From positions 18,998 to 82,997 of the forward strand of contig JAQVJV010000002.1 in NCBI GenBank assembly GCA_028695025.1: DNA of 64,000 nt, in the 5' to 3' direction. This document shows, piece by piece, positions 1 to 11,165 of this stretch. The stretch comes from Candidatus Moraniibacteriota bacterium. GTDB taxonomy: Bacteria > Patescibacteriota > Minisyncoccia > Moranbacterales > UBA11712. The first letter of the stretch is position 1. Each line of letters begins with the position of its first letter. Both the position numbers and the translations under genes were made by a program. The notes beneath the pieces were generated by a model. The model worked only from the letters and a program-made list of their open reading frames with translations, ran no database searches and was not told where the DNA came from.

Positions 1-273
1 ATCTTGACTCGTAAAGCGTCAAGACCGCACATAGAGCAGGAAGTTTTGTGAAAATAACTAACCAAACCGTTATAATTTCGGCAATCTTTCAATTTCAGAC
101 TCATGACTTTCTCCCTGTTTAATTGATTTTTAAAGATCTATTGCTACAACTCGATCCCTTTTCGGTTTCTCATCGTAACAGCCAAGTATATCATTTTTGG
201 AGAGAATAGTCCATAGATACAGACAATAAAGAAAAATAGTTTCATGAAACATTGGGTTATAGTGGCTTATATA

Positions 274-302
274 TTGCAATATATTGCGGGATGTGCTATA
301 AT
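274..302 (+). promoter_or_regulatory. Putative sigma70 promoter for TrmB-like regulator 1 (TTGCAA, 17 bp, TATAAT)
   Basis: TTGCAA at 274-279 and TATAAT at 297-302 with a 17-bp spacer. Flanking sequence is homologous to the promoter upstream of the paralog at 14075-14103. Confidence 0.5.
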
Positions 303-327
303 AATTATGACGTCGGAAAAGATGACA

Positions 328-361
328 CCTCACCCCAACCCTCTCCTTATAAAGGAGAGGG
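328..361. repeat. Palindromic repeat element copy (CTCACCCCAACCCTCTCCTT-ATA-AAGGAGAGGG)
   Basis: 10-bp stem CCCTCTCCTT/AAGGAGAGGG with a short loop, lying in the 5' leader of the gene at 427. Same family as 2108, 26787, 38089, 63505. Confidence 0.8.
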
Positions 362-398
362 AGCCCAGCAAGAACATACTAATTGCTAAAAACTGATC

Positions 399-426
399 GC
401 CTTCTCCTTGGTAAGGAGAAGGAGGG
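399..426. repeat. Variant palindromic repeat (CCTTCTCCTT-GGTA-AAGGAGAAGGAGGG) immediately 5' of ATG 427
   Basis: Hairpin CTTCTCCTT/AAGGAGAAG with loop GGTA. Its 3' arm is the Shine-Dalgarno for the ATG at 427. Confidence 0.75.
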
Positions 427-1167
427 ATGAGGTTAAAATATATGCAAACAGAAGACCTAAAAAACGCTGGTTTAAGCCAAAATGAGGCAAAAGTGTACCT
501 CGCCGCTTTGGAATTGGGCGAAACAAGCATATACAGGCTTGCCAAGAAATCAGGCGTGAAAAGAACGACGACCTATTTGGCCGTCGAAACCCTCAAGGAA
601 AAAGGGCTTATTTCAAGCTATGAACGTGACAATACCTTAGTTGTTTATGCGGAAAATCCCAAAAAACTCACAGATCAGCTGGAAGAACGGAAAAGAGCCC
701 TTGAAAAAATCATGCCAGAGCTTCTCGCTTTCACGAACCTCATCGACAAAAAACCGAAAATTCGCTATTTCGAAGGGAAAGAGGCGTACAAAGAAGTATT
801 TGGCGATGTTTTGAATTATCCTGACAGTGAAACCCTGGTTACCTTCAATGAAAAATTCTGGGACTGGGATGGTTATTTTAAGACCTATTTCATGCCCAAA
901 CGAAAGGAGAAGAAGATTTGGGCTCGAATTCTTTTTCGTGACACGCCGGAATTGAGAGCTGTCGGAGCGCAAGCGGAAGAATATCTCTCACGCGCCAAGT
1001 TTGTTCCGTCTGAAAATTTCAAAATCGGGATTGAAATGGTTCTCTATGGGCGCGACAAGGTTGGGATGGTTTCTTATGAAGAAGAAATTGCCATCATCAT
1101 CGAAAGCAAGATGATATACGACACGCAAAAAAGTTTTTTTGAAGTGATTTGGGAGGGGGCGAAATAA
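427..1167 (+). CDS. TrmB-family transcriptional regulator (paralog 1)
   Basis: N-terminal wHTH LSQNEAKVYLAALELGETSIYRLAKKSGVKRTTTYLAVETLKEKGLIS plus a TrmB-type C-terminal domain. About 45% identical to the ORF at 14174-14926. Confidence 0.7.
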   Translation: MRLKYMQTEDLKNAGLSQNEAKVYLAALELGETSIYRLAKKSGVKRTTTYLAVETLKEKGLISSYERDNTLVVYAENPKKLTDQLEERKRALEKIMPELLAFTNLIDKKPKIRYFEGKEAYKEVFGDVLNYPDSETLVTFNEKFWDWDGYFKTYFMPKRKEKKIWARILFRDTPELRAVGAQAEEYLSRAKFVPSENFKIGIEMVLYGRDKVGMVSYEEEIAIIIESKMIYDTQKSFFEVIWEGAK

Positions 1168-1254
1168 AAAATCCGAAAGGTCATCCATGCTTGGCAAAAT
1201 AGTGATATGGTGATATAATTTCAGCAAAGGATAATCTTTCAAAAATTCACCAAC

Positions 1255-2091
1255 ATGAAAAAAGAAAAACATTTGGCCATATTTGACGGCAAAAAAATTA
1301 GAAGAGATTGGAATGAAAAAGAAGAGAGGTGGTATTTTTCAGTAGTGGATATTGTCGAAGTTCTCACGGATAGCGTCAACCCGCGAGATTATTGGTTCAA
1401 GATGAAAAAGCGGGTAAAAAGCGAAGATGGAGTTGAGTTGTCGACAATTTGCCGACAACTGAAAATGCGCTCCACGGATGGTAAATATTATTTGACGGAT
1501 GCAGCTGACACTGAAGCTATATTTCGCATTATCCAGTCGGTTCCGTCGCCAAAGGCTGAACCGTTCAAAAGATGGCTGGCCAGAGTCGGTTATGAGCGAA
1601 TCGAAGAAATCAATGATCCGGAACGGGCGCTAAACCGCAGCCGGGAATATTGGCGGCGGATGGGCAGGAGCGAAAAGTGGATCCAACAGAGAATGATGGG
1701 CCAGGAAGTGCGAAACAAGCTCACCGATTACTGGCGCGATCACGAGGTGACGGAGCAAGAAGAATACGCGATTCTCACCAATATCATCCACGAAGAATGG
1801 TCGGATTTCACCGTAAAAGAACACAAAAAGCTCAAGAAACTGAAAACGGAAAATCTGCGCGACCATATGTCGGACGCGGAATTGATCTTCACGGCGCTTG
1901 CGGAACTTTCCACCCGCCAAATTGCCGAAGTGGAGCAATCCCGCGGCTTTCAGGAGAACAAAATTCCGGCCAAACGCGGCGGCCGGATCGCCAAACGTGC
2001 CCGGATTGATCTGGAAAATAAAACAGGGAGAAAGGTTGTGACGGGGGAGAATTTCAAACTGCCTTCATCGCAGAAAAAACTGATAAAATAA
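1255..2091 (+). CDS. Bro-N / DinD-like (DNA-damage-inducible protein D family) protein
   Basis: N-terminus FDGKKIRRDWNEKEERWYFSVVDIVEVLTDSVNPRDYWFKMKKR fits the Bro-N pattern. The C-terminal region resembles the E. coli DinD C-domain. Pattern-level recognition only. Confidence 0.45.
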   Translation: MKKEKHLAIFDGKKIRRDWNEKEERWYFSVVDIVEVLTDSVNPRDYWFKMKKRVKSEDGVELSTICRQLKMRSTDGKYYLTDAADTEAIFRIIQSVPSPKAEPFKRWLARVGYERIEEINDPERALNRSREYWRRMGRSEKWIQQRMMGQEVRNKLTDYWRDHEVTEQEEYAILTNIIHEEWSDFTVKEHKKLKKLKTENLRDHMSDAELIFTALAELSTRQIAEVEQSRGFQENKIPAKRGGRIAKRARIDLENKTGRKVVTGENFKLPSSQKKLIK

Positions 2092-2107
2092 ATCCACTCC
2101 TCGTACA

Positions 2108-2143
2108 ACCTCACCCTGACCCTCTCCTTGGTAAGGAGAGGGA
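2108..2143. repeat. Palindromic repeat element copy (ACCTCACCCTGACCCTCTCCTT-GGTA-AAGGAGAGGG)
   Basis: Perfect 10-bp stem. The 3' arm AAGGAGAGGG sits 7 nt upstream of ATG 2151 and so acts as its RBS. Confidence 0.8.
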
Positions 2144-2150
2144 TTTGCGG

Positions 2151-2627
2151 ATGTTGCAGAAATACTATAATCTTCAATTTATGCAGCTGAAACTCTATAT
2201 CGAAGAGAACAATTTCATAAAACTCGCGCTTTTTGAGGGAAAAAAGGTGCTTGATAGCCTAGAATGGCAGGATGAGAACGATTTATCTCACAAACTTTTG
2301 GCGAATTTGGATAAAATTTTGAGGAAAAATAAGTTAGGACTTGACCCCGCCCCAATTTTGCGGGAAATAAATTTATCTTCAAAAGATGCAAAGAATAAAA
2401 AGCGAATACAGCTCGACGCTGGTCAAAAAGGCCGGGCTATTCGCCCGACGCGCCGAGCAGGTTTTCAGGGGCAAAATTGGAGCGGGGTTGACAAACTTGA
2501 TAAGTACAATATAATAAGTCAAGTGCCGCGGAAATGGACGACGTACCGGATCGCGGAAATTGCTTTTGAAACGCTAAAAATCGGAGAAAATTCAAGTCCT
2601 ATTGCCAAGAATAAGCAAGCATGTTAG
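2151..2627 (+). CDS. Hypothetical protein (weak TsaB/YeaZ-like N-terminal pattern)
   Basis: ORF track 2145..2627 with a TTG start; the ATG at 2151 is preferred. The N-terminus LKLYIEENNFIKLALFEGKKVLDSLEWQ...LDKIL loosely resembles TsaB. Not reliable. Confidence 0.3.
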   Translation: MLQKYYNLQFMQLKLYIEENNFIKLALFEGKKVLDSLEWQDENDLSHKLLANLDKILRKNKLGLDPAPILREINLSSKDAKNKKRIQLDAGQKGRAIRPTRRAGFQGQNWSGVDKLDKYNIISQVPRKWTTYRIAEIAFETLKIGENSSPIAKNKQAC

Positions 2628-2767
2628 AATCGAATCAAGATACAAATCTTTTCGGGTGAACCAATCAAACCAAGCATAACTAAATATTCTTAACTAAACC
2701 ACTTAGCCAAAACCAACCGCTTCCCAGAATTTGCCGAAGCGGAAATTTGGAGAGTGGCGTGTCTTTT

Positions 2768-5700
2768 ATGTCTCAAGAGGCCAAAACCCTCGGGGTGAAA
2801 GAGTCTTTCAGCCCGCAATCCTCTCTCCATAAGAGGAAATTTTTCAACCGGCGCGCAATGGTGTCCCTTCCGAACTTGATCGAAACGCAAACCATGTCAT
2901 ATGACTGGTTTCTCGCGGAAGGTATGCGTGAACTCCTCGATGAGGTTAACCCAATTGAGGATTTCACCGGAAAAGATTTGGAACTTTCTTTTGGAAAATA
3001 TTATCTTGACGAGCCGAAATACGACGAGAAAACGTCGAAAGAAAAAAATATCTCTTTTGAGGCGCCGCTCCGGTGCGCGGTGAGCCTTCTCAACAAACAG
3101 ACCGGGGAGGTGAAAGAACAGGAAGTTTATCTTGGAGACTTGCCGATCATGACCGACCGGGGAACTTTCATCATCAACGGCGTGGAAAGAGTGGTGGTGA
3201 GCCAGCTTATCCGAAGCCCGGGAGTCTTTTTCACGATGGAATATCAGAAGGGAAAGAAACTTTTCGGGGCGAAAATCATTCCGAACCGCGGAGCTTGGCT
3301 CGAAATGGAAACGGATCTTGACGGAGCCATTTGGGTGAAAATCGACCGCAAGCGAAAAGTGGCGATCACTTCTCTTTTGCGGGCTTTTGGCATTTCCACG
3401 GACGAGCTTTTGGCCAAAACTTTCGCCGATGTGAACAAAGGCGAGACGAATTATCTTGAAGCGACGATTGGGCGCGACGCGGCGAAGACCCAGGGAGATG
3501 GATTCAAGGAGGTTTACAAAAGAATTCGTCCGGGGGATCTCGCCTCCGTTGAAAACGCGCGGCAGATGATCGAATCGATGTTTTTCAATTTTGAGAGATA
3601 CGATTTCGGAAAAGTGGGGCGATACCGCTTGAACCAGCGTTTGGATGTGGATGAGCCGAATGACGAAGCGCATCGAATTTTGCGTCCGGAAGATTTGGTG
3701 CTGATCATCAAGGAAATTATCAATCTTAATAATAATCCGATGGCGGAGCCGGATGATATCGACCACCTTGGAAACCGGCGGGTGCGTTGTGTTGGGGAGC
3801 TTGTGCAAAACAAATTTCGGGCGGGACTTGCGCGCATGGTGCGAAATATCAAAGACCGGATGAGTACTTGCGATCTTGCCATAGTTGTTCCAGGTCAACT
3901 CGTAAACTCGCGTCCGGTGGCGGCGGCAGTCAAGGAATTTTTTGCTTCTTCCCAGCTTTCGCAATTCATGGATCAGGTGAATCCGCTGGCGGAACTTGAA
4001 CACAAGCGGCGGCTTTCCGCGATGGGGCCGGGCGGTCTCACCCGCGAACGGGCAAGCTTTGAAGTGCGCGATGTCCACCATTCCCACTACGGTCGGATTT
4101 GTCCGGTGCAGACGCCGGAAGGCCCGAACATCGGATTGGTGAATCATTTGTCTTGCTACGCGCGCATCAACGAGTTCGGTTTTCTCGAGACTCCGTATCG
4201 AAAAGTTGAGTTGAAGGACGGCAAGCCGTTTGTCACCAAAGATATTGAATATTTGAACGCGACCGTGGAAGATCGGAAAGTTATTGCTCACGCGGATATC
4301 CTGATTGACGACGATGGATATATCCAGGAAGAAAAAATTGAAGCGCGGGTGAAAGGGAAGCCGTCGGTGATTGAAGCGACGAAGGTTGACTATGTCGATG
4401 TTTCGCCGAAACAGTGTATTTCAATTGCCACTTCGCTCATTCCGTTCCTTGAGCACGACGATGCTCACCGGGCTCTCATGGGTTCAAACATGCAGCGCCA
4501 GGCAGTATCTTGCATTCTGCCGGATTCGCCGCTGGTGGGAACGGGGCTTGAAGACAAAGCGGCGGCTGATTCGGGACAGGTGATCCTTGCGCGCGAAGAC
4601 GGGGAAGTGGCGGAAGTGGATGCGGCACATATCACCCTCAAGACGGAAAAAGACGGAAAATCAACGAAGAAAATTTATTGGCTCCAGAATTTCGAACGCT
4701 CGAACGCTTTCACTTGTATGAATCAGATTCCGCGGGTTTCCCGGGGACAAAAAGTGGCGAAAGGCCAGCTTCTCGCGGACGGAGCTTCGACGGACAATGG
4801 GGAATTGGCGCTCGGCCAGAATGTTTTGGTGGCGCTCATGCCTTGGGAGGGGAACAACTTTGAAGACGCTATCATCATTTCTGAACGGTTGCTTCAGGCG
4901 GATCGCTATACTTCCATTCATATTGAAGATTTTTCAGTGGATATCCGTGATACGAAGCTTGGCCCGGAAGTGGTGACGCGAGATATTCCGAATATCGGTG
5001 AAGAGCGGCTCAAAAATCTTGACGATACGGGGATCATCCATATTGGAGCGGAGGTTTCTTCGGGAGATATTCTTGTCGGGAAAATTTCACCGAAAGGGGA
5101 AGGCGATCTCACCCCGGAAGAAAGATTGCTTCGCGCCATCTTCGGAGAAAAATCAAAGGACGTGAAAGATACTTCGCTTTATCTTCCGCACGGGGAACAT
5201 GGAAAAGTGGTGGATATCAAAATCTTTTCGCGCGAGCAGGGCGACAAGCTTCCGGCAGGAGTGATCCAGCAGATTCAGGTGAGTGTGGCGCAGCTTCGCA
5301 AAATTTCAGTGGGCGACAAGCTTGCCGGACGACACGGAAACAAGGGAGTGATTTCGAAAATTGCGGCGGTCGAAGATATGCCTTGCCTTCCGGATGGCCG
5401 ACCGGTGGATATCATACTCAATCCGCTTGGAGTGGCTTCGCGTATGAACATCGGCCAGATTCTTGAGGCGCATCTCGGTTGGGCGGCTTCCGAACTCGGA
5501 TACAAAATCGCAAGTCCCGCCCTTGACGGAGTGAGCGAACAGAACATAAAAGAGGAACTTAAGAAAGCGGGCCTTCCTGAAGACGGAAAGATGCGGCTTA
5601 TGAACGGAAAGACAGGAGAGTACTTCGACGAAAAAACCATGGTGGGATATATGTATATCATGAAGCTCAACCACTTAGTGGAAGACAAAATTCACATGCG

Positions 5701-6052
5701 TTCTATCGGACCGTACTCGCTCATCACCCAGCAGCCTCTCGGCGGAAAAGCCCAATTCGGAGGCCAGCGCTTCGGGGAAATGGAAGTGTGGGCGCTCGAA
5801 GGATACGGCAGTGCGCATACGCTTCAGGAAATGATGACAATCAAATCGGACGACCAGCTCGGCCGCTCGAAAGCCTATGAATCGATCATCAAGGGCGAAC
5901 GGATCAAGAGTCCGAACATCCCGGCTTCTTTCAACGTGTTAGTAAACGAACTCAAGGGGCTTTGCCTCAATATCGAATCGGTCGGCGAGAAAACGGAAGT
6001 TGACGAGGAAGAGAAAACCGGATCGGAGAGAAAGGATGACGGAGAGGAATAA
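2768..6052 (+). CDS. rpoB: DNA-directed RNA polymerase subunit beta
   Basis: Motifs [69 protein letters not shown]. The ORF track starts at TTG 2747. ATG 2768 with GGAGAG 13 nt upstream is preferred. Confidence 0.97.
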   Translation: MSQEAKTLGVKESFSPQSSLHKRKFFNRRAMVSLPNLIETQTMSYDWFLAEGMRELLDEVNPIEDFTGKDLELSFGKYYLDEPKYDEKTSKEKNISFEAPLRCAVSLLNKQTGEVKEQEVYLGDLPIMTDRGTFIINGVERVVVSQLIRSPGVFFTMEYQKGKKLFGAKIIPNRGAWLEMETDLDGAIWVKIDRKRKVAITSLLRAFGISTDELLAKTFADVNKGETNYLEATIGRDAAKTQGDGFKEVYKRIRPGDLASVENARQMIESMFFNFERYDFGKVGRYRLNQRLDVDEPNDEAHRILRPEDLVLIIKEIINLNNNPMAEPDDIDHLGNRRVRCVGELVQNKFRAGLARMVRNIKDRMSTCDLAIVVPGQLVNSRPVAAAVKEFFASSQLSQFMDQVNPLAELEHKRRLSAMGPGGLTRERASFEVRDVHHSHYGRICPVQTPEGPNIGLVNHLSCYARINEFGFLETPYRKVELKDGKPFVTKDIEYLNATVEDRKVIAHADILIDDDGYIQEEKIEARVKGKPSVIEATKVDYVDVSPKQCISIATSLIPFLEHDDAHRALMGSNMQRQAVSCILPDSPLVGTGLEDKAAADSGQVILAREDGEVAEVDAAHITLKTEKDGKSTKKIYWLQNFERSNAFTCMNQIPRVSRGQKVAKGQLLADGASTDNGELALGQNVLVALMPWEGNNFEDAIIISERLLQADRYTSIHIEDFSVDIRDTKLGPEVVTRDIPNIGEERLKNLDDTGIIHIGAEVSSGDILVGKISPKGEGDLTPEERLLRAIFGEKSKDVKDTSLYLPHGEHGKVVDIKIFSREQGDKLPAGVIQQIQVSVAQLRKISVGDKLAGRHGNKGVISKIAAVEDMPCLPDGRPVDIILNPLGVASRMNIGQILEAHLGWAASELGYKIASPALDGVSEQNIKEELKKAGLPEDGKMRLMNGKTGEYFDEKTMVGYMYIMKLNHLVEDKIHMRSIGPYSLITQQPLGGKAQFGGQRFGEMEVWALEGYGSAHTLQEMMTIKSDDQLGRSKAYESIIKGERIKSPNIPASFNVLVNELKGLCLNIESVGEKTEVDEEEKTGSERKDDGEE

Positions 6053-6084
6053 ATTTTTTAAACTTATTGGAAACTTAAAATTTA

Positions 6085-6140
6085 TTGATCCTTGATCCCC
6101 GCCTGCAGCGCTATGCGCAGCATTGCGGGCAGGTTTGATC
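6085..6140 (+). promoter_or_regulatory. GC-rich structured element in the rpoB-rpoC intergenic region
   Basis: CCCGCCTGCAGCGCTATGCGCAGCATTGCGGGCAGG carries interleaved complementary arms (CCCGC/GCGGG, CCTGC/GCAGG) and internal palindromes AGCGCT and TGCGCA. Confidence 0.3.
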
Positions 6141-6156
6141 ACTGATCGCTGAAAAT

Positions 6157-9100
6157 ATGAATCAACAAAATGCCACCAAAGTGAGCGACTTCGACGCAAT
6201 CCGATTGAAGCTCGCGAGTCCCGACGATATCCTCAATTGGTCCCACGGCGAGGTGACAAAGCCGGAGACAATCAACTATCGCACCCAAAGATACGAGCGC
6301 GACGGTCTTTTTTGCGAAAAAATTTTCGGACCAGCCAAGGACTGGGAATGTTACTGCGGAAAATACAAAAAAATCCGCTATAAAGGCATCATTTGCGACA
6401 AGTGCGGCGTGGAAGTAACACGCTCGATCGTCCGGCGGGAACGGCTGGGGCATATCAAGCTCGCGGTGCCGGTTTCTCATATTTGGTTTTTGCGGGGCGT
6501 GCCTTCCAAAATCGGCTTGTCGCTCGGCATGTCGGCGCAGGAATTGGAAAAGGTGGTTTACTTTGCGAGCTATATTGTCATGGAAGTGGATGAGGATGCC
6601 CGCAAGGAAGCGCTTGACCGGCTGGAAGCGGAATACAAAGGCAAGCAGAAGAAAAGCGAATCAGAAAAAGAGAATGAAGAACTCAAGGGCGCCTATCAAG
6701 CCGGCCGGGAAGAACTCAAGAGCCTTCGCCGGTTCCAGATCCTTTCCGAAGTGGAATATTTCAATTTGTCGCTCAAATATGGCCATGTTTTCAAGGCGGG
6801 AATCGGAGCGGAAGCAGTCCGGCGTATTTTGGAAGGGCTCAATATTGAAGAGGAGATCGCCCGGATCAACAAAGAGATTGAAGACGACAAAATTTCTGAC
6901 AAGAAAAAACTTTTAAAACAACTCAAATTGTTCCAGGGGTTCAGCCAGGCCGGCCTTCGTCCCGAATGGATGCTCCCAACCGTGATCCCGGTCATTCCGC
7001 CGGATCTTCGCCCGATGGTCCAGCTTGACGGGGGACGGTTTGCGACTTCGGATCTCAACGATCTCTACCGTCGTATCATCAACCGCAACAACCGGTTGAG
7101 AAAACTGATCGAGATCGGCGCGCCGGAAGTGATTTCCCGGAACGAAAAAAGAATGCTCCAAGAAGCGGTGGATGCGCTGTTTGATAACTCTGCCCGTCGG
7201 GGACAAACTTCGGTGGCGGCTTCAACTGGACAGAAGCGGGCCCTTCGGTCGCTGGCTGATATGCTCAAAGGAAAGCAAGGACGTTTCCGCCAGAACCTTC
7301 TTGGAAAGCGGGTGGATTATTCCGGTCGGAGCGTGATTGTGGTCGGACCGAAACTGAAACTCCATCAGTGCGGTTTGCCGAAGAAAATGGCTCTTGAACT
7401 TTTCAAACCTTTCATCATCAACAAGCTGATCGAAAGGGAATATGCCCACAACGTGCGAAGCGCTGGAAAAATGGTGGAATTCGAAGCGGAAGAAGCTTAT
7501 GAAATTCTTGACGATATCATCGAACATCACTATGTGCTTTTGAACCGCGCCCCGACCCTGCACCGTTTGAGTATCCAGGCTTTCCAGCCGGTGTTCATCG
7601 AAGGAAAAGCGATCCAGATCCATCCGATGGTATGTTCGGCTTTCAACGCGGACTTCGACGGAGACCAGATGGCGGTCCATGTGCCGCTCACCGAGGAAGC
7701 GCGCACCGAAGCGGGAAACATAATGCTTTCGGCGAAAAACCTTTTGAAGCCGGCGAGCGGAGACCCGATCACGATCCCGTCGCAGGACATGGTGCTCGGT
7801 TGTTACTATATGACCCATATCATGCCGGGCCGCACCGGAGAAGGAAAAATTTTTGCAACACCCGAAGAAGCGAAACTGGCCTATCATTTCGGAAGCGTTG
7901 ATCTCAAAGCGGAAATCGAAGTGGATTTTGGAACGGAAAGAAGGAAAACTTCTGTGGGCCGGATTCTTTTCAATGAAATCATGCCGGTGGAAATCGGTTT
8001 CGTGAATGAAGAAATGGACAAAGGAAAATTGAGAAAGATTGTGGCGCAGTGCCTTGAGATATCTGGACGGGACGAAACGGCCAAATTCGTGGACGAACTC
8101 AAAAATTTGGCATTCTCGCTTGTCACCCGTTCCGGAATCAGCTGGGGGATGGATGACCTTGCTGTTCCGGAAGAAAAGAAAAAGATCATGGAAGACGCTG
8201 AAGATCGGGTGGAGCTCATCAACAAGCAATATGGCATGGGGCTTCTCACCGACCGGGAAAGAAAAAGCCAGGTGATCGAGATTTGGAGCGAAGCGAAGAA
8301 TAAAATCACGGAAGCGGTGCGCGCTTCTCTCGACAAAGAAGGCCCGGTATATTCCATGGTATATTCCAAAGCGCGCGGCACGGAAGCGGTGGTGGTGCAG
8401 ATGACCGGAATGAAAGGGCTGGTGGCCGGTCCGACCGGGGAAACGATCGAACTGCCGATCAAATCATCGTTCAAAGAAGGTTTCAACGTCCTTGAATATT
8501 TCATTGCGACCCACGGAGCCCGGAAAGGTATGGCGGACACCGCCCTTCGGACGGCGACGGCCGGATACCTGACGCGGCGGCTTGTGGATGTGGCGCAGGA
8601 TGTCGTGGTTCGGGAAGTCGATTGCGGCGACGATCGGGGAAATTTCATGTATCGCGAAGACTCGGACGTGGTCGGCATCAGCTTTGCTTCCCGCATCACC
8701 GGACGCTATTTGATCGAAGATGTGGCTGATCCCAAGACGAAAAAAGCTATCCTCAAGGCGGGAGATCTCATCACGAAAGAAAAAGCGGAAGAGATTGAAA
8801 AAGCGAAAGTGGAAAAAATAAAGATCCGGTCTGTCGTCACTTGCCAGAGCCGGCGCGGAATATGCCAGAAATGCTATGGAATGGACCTGGGCCGGAACGA
8901 ACTTGTGCAGATCGGACAAGCGGTGGGAATCGTGGCGGCGCAGGCTATCGGAGAGCCGGGAACCCAGCTCACGATGCGTACTTTCCACATCGGAGGCGTC
9001 GCCGGAACGGATATCACCCAGGGACTTCCGCGCGTGGATGAAATTTTTGAATCCCGCCCGCCGAAAGGAGAAGCCGCCATTTCCGAAGTGGACGGGCAGG

Positions 9101-9723
9101 TGGTGGAAATCAAGGAAACGGAAAAAGAAAAAATTATCCGCATCGAAACCGCTCCTGACGAGAAAGGCAAAAAAGATACTCACGAATATGTTGTTTCCTC
9201 GGTCATGAACCTCGAGGTGGCAAAAGACGATCTCGTGGCCAAAGGGCAGGTGCTTTCCGAAGGGCATCTCGATCTCAAAAAACTTTTCAAGATTGAGGGT
9301 GAAGAAGCGGTCTACCGCTATATCATCAAGGAAGTGCAGGAAATATATTCCGCGCAAGGGGAAGGCATCAACGACAAGCATATCGAGGTGATCATCCGCC
9401 AGATGCTCTCGCGGGTGCGGATCCTTGATCCGGGCGACACGACCCTTCTTCCGGGAGACGTGGTGGAAGATGTCCAGCTTGTGGAAGCGAACGATATTGC
9501 GAAGAACGCCGGAAAAAATATCGCGACCGGCGAGAAACTGCTTCTCGGGATTTCGAAAGTGGCGCTTTCCACGGAAAGCTTCCTCTCGGCGGCATCTTTC
9601 CAGGAAACGGCGAAAGTTCTCATCAACGCGGCGGTCACCGGAAAGGAAGACAAACTTCGGGGCTTGAAAGAAAACGTAATCATCGGAAAACTGATCCCGG
9701 CGGGAACGGGATATCGGAAGTAG
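6157..9723 (+). CDS. rpoC: DNA-directed RNA polymerase subunit beta'
   Basis: [14 protein letters not shown] catalytic motif and the N-terminal zinc-binding region [29 protein letters not shown]. 1188 aa. Confidence 0.97.
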   Translation: MNQQNATKVSDFDAIRLKLASPDDILNWSHGEVTKPETINYRTQRYERDGLFCEKIFGPAKDWECYCGKYKKIRYKGIICDKCGVEVTRSIVRRERLGHIKLAVPVSHIWFLRGVPSKIGLSLGMSAQELEKVVYFASYIVMEVDEDARKEALDRLEAEYKGKQKKSESEKENEELKGAYQAGREELKSLRRFQILSEVEYFNLSLKYGHVFKAGIGAEAVRRILEGLNIEEEIARINKEIEDDKISDKKKLLKQLKLFQGFSQAGLRPEWMLPTVIPVIPPDLRPMVQLDGGRFATSDLNDLYRRIINRNNRLRKLIEIGAPEVISRNEKRMLQEAVDALFDNSARRGQTSVAASTGQKRALRSLADMLKGKQGRFRQNLLGKRVDYSGRSVIVVGPKLKLHQCGLPKKMALELFKPFIINKLIEREYAHNVRSAGKMVEFEAEEAYEILDDIIEHHYVLLNRAPTLHRLSIQAFQPVFIEGKAIQIHPMVCSAFNADFDGDQMAVHVPLTEEARTEAGNIMLSAKNLLKPASGDPITIPSQDMVLGCYYMTHIMPGRTGEGKIFATPEEAKLAYHFGSVDLKAEIEVDFGTERRKTSVGRILFNEIMPVEIGFVNEEMDKGKLRKIVAQCLEISGRDETAKFVDELKNLAFSLVTRSGISWGMDDLAVPEEKKKIMEDAEDRVELINKQYGMGLLTDRERKSQVIEIWSEAKNKITEAVRASLDKEGPVYSMVYSKARGTEAVVVQMTGMKGLVAGPTGETIELPIKSSFKEGFNVLEYFIATHGARKGMADTALRTATAGYLTRRLVDVAQDVVVREVDCGDDRGNFMYREDSDVVGISFASRITGRYLIEDVADPKTKKAILKAGDLITKEKAEEIEKAKVEKIKIRSVVTCQSRRGICQKCYGMDLGRNELVQIGQAVGIVAAQAIGEPGTQLTMRTFHIGGVAGTDITQGLPRVDEIFESRPPKGEAAISEVDGQVVEIKETEKEKIIRIETAPDEKGKKDTHEYVVSSVMNLEVAKDDLVAKGQVLSEGHLDLKKLFKIEGEEAVYRYIIKEVQEIYSAQGEGINDKHIEVIIRQMLSRVRILDPGDTTLLPGDVVEDVQLVEANDIAKNAGKNIATGEKLLLGISKVALSTESFLSAASFQETAKVLINAAVTGKEDKLRGLKENVIIGKLIPAGTGYRK

Positions 9724-9754
9724 TGTTTTATTTGTTTATATTTTCCTTATAGTT

Positions 9755-9967
9755 ATGGATGAGTGGAAATTAATCGAAAAAACAAAACCTATTGAAAATA
9801 AGATCAATAATGCCCTTTCATATCTTCCTTCACTTAGAGAGGCTCGAGAAAAACATATACAAACATCGACAAGAAATTCAAACGCCAATGAGATTTGTTG
9901 GGAAGAGATGACGCGAGAATTTGTTGGACATTTAGGCAATATATTCAAAGAAGATTTCTTCGCATAG
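9755..9967 (+). CDS. Hypothetical small protein
   Basis: 70-aa ORF in AT-rich accessory DNA. Convergent with, and overlapping, a minus-strand small ORF. Coding status uncertain. Confidence 0.2.
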   Translation: MDEWKLIEKTKPIENKINNALSYLPSLREAREKHIQTSTRNSNANEICWEEMTREFVGHLGNIFKEDFFA

Positions 9968-10147
9968 TTTGGAAATTTCTTCAGCTTCCTTTTCGGCGCT
10001 TCGGACAATTTTTTTGTATTCGATCAGAATCAAATCATCTGTTTCTGAAGAACTTTTTTCATCTTTAGGTATAAGAGAAGAATCCATCATTTCCGGTGGC
10101 AGTTTTTTTCTTTGATCTGATTTTATTTTGTCAGTCAAAAATTCCAT
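9932..10147 (-). CDS. Hypothetical small acidic protein
   Basis: K/E-rich ORF (MEFLTDKIKSDQRKK...) directly downstream of the HEPN gene on the minus strand. The ORF track extends to 10231, overlapping HEPN. Confidence 0.25.
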   Translation of the reverse strand: MEFLTDKIKSDQRKKLPPEMMDSSLIPKDEKSSSETDDLILIEYKKIVRSAEKEAEEISKLCEEIFFEYIA

Positions 10148-10161
10148 GGCTGGAAAATATC

Positions 10162-10569
10162 CTATATCTTCAATCTCGCTTGTTTTCCGTGAAGCACCCG
10201 GTCGGCTTTTGAGAATATGGACTTGGTCCATTTTAAATATTCATCAGCCTCCTTTTTCGAAATTATTGCTCCGCCGCCATAAAGATCCCAATTTCTCTTT
10301 GCCCTCATTTCGTTGGCAAATACTTCGACTTCCGAATCGGAGAGGAGGCTGGAGAGTTTTTTGATGAGTTCGATGTGGTGGCCTCTTCTTGATTTCACCC
10401 GCAGATTTTGGCTGGCGCAAACCGCAATGGCCAGTTTGAGAAGCGCGTCGTAGCAAAAGCGAAAAGATACTTCGGCCACATTCGCTTCGCTGGCAATTCG
10501 AAAATCTCTTTGGGCGGATTTATGGTATTTTTCGATTTGTTTTCGGGAAAATTTGAAATGCTCGAACAT
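10162..10569 (-). CDS. HEPN-domain protein (HepT-like toxin of a HEPN/MNT pair)
   Basis: Rx4-6H motif in NLRVKSRRGHHIELI. 135 aa. Its start abuts the stop of the upstream nucleotidyltransferase (10569/10570). Confidence 0.7.
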   Translation of the reverse strand: MFEHFKFSRKQIEKYHKSAQRDFRIASEANVAEVSFRFCYDALLKLAIAVCASQNLRVKSRRGHHIELIKKLSSLLSDSEVEVFANEMRAKRNWDLYGGGAIISKKEADEYLKWTKSIFSKADRVLHGKQARLKI

Positions 10570-11115
10570 TCAAAATATTTTTATTGTTTTTTGCGAAAAT
10601 ATGTTTTTGATGAATTCATCTTTTTTCTTTCGGCGGATTTTCAGCTCGTTTCCCGTCATGTCCACGATATTCAGCTCCCGTCCCAATTTTTTCTCGAGCG
10701 GCAGAATCAAGCGCTTGGCCGAGAGGGAAGAGTGGCTTCCGACAAGCAGCAAATCAATGTCGCTTTCCTGCTGAAAAGAGTTTTTGGCGAAAGAGCCGAA
10801 AATCCAAGCCGATTCCAGCCCTTTTATTTTTTCCATTTCTTCTTTCAGGAGGTTCGCGACTCCGTATTTGGCATTATAGATTTGTTTTGTTTCCTTGAGA
10901 AGAGGATATTTTTCGTTGAGAAAAAAGTATTTTTGGTTTCCGGCCGCTTCCGAAAGCAAAATGCCTTCCTGTTCCAATTCCTTGAGCTTGCGAAAGAGAT
11001 TTCCCGGATCAGCTTCCAGAATTTCGGCCAGTTCGTTGATGTAATGTCTCCGGTGCGGATTGAGAAAGAAATATCCGAGCACTTTCACAGTGATTTTTGA
11101 GCGGAATTCAAGCAT
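10570..11115 (-). CDS. Minimal nucleotidyltransferase with N-terminal wHTH (MntA-like antitoxin)
   Basis: GSFAKNSFQQESDIDLLLV matches the GS-x(9-13)-DxD minimal NTase motif. N-terminal wHTH NELAEILEADPGNLFRKLKELEQEGIL. Confidence 0.75.
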   Translation of the reverse strand: MLEFRSKITVKVLGYFFLNPHRRHYINELAEILEADPGNLFRKLKELEQEGILLSEAAGNQKYFFLNEKYPLLKETKQIYNAKYGVANLLKEEMEKIKGLESAWIFGSFAKNSFQQESDIDLLLVGSHSSLSAKRLILPLEKKLGRELNIVDMTGNELKIRRKKKDEFIKNIFSQKTIKIF

Positions 11116-11165
11116 ATTATTGCAATTATTTACAATGATTATTGTATATATTCACAATAATATTG

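Noticed and set aside
330-545. 71-aa minus-strand ORF upstream of trmB-1
   Set aside because: It is produced by reading through the palindromic repeat hairpins (PPSPYQGEG and GSLSFIRRGLG translations) and overlaps the trmB-1 start. Spurious.
2897-4291. 464-aa minus-strand ORF inside rpoB (and similar long antisense ORFs 7222-8229, 7884-8699, 8464-9381 inside rpoC)
   Set aside because: Entirely antisense to strongly conserved rpoB/rpoC coding sequence. R/F/H-rich low-complexity translation typical of antisense frames.
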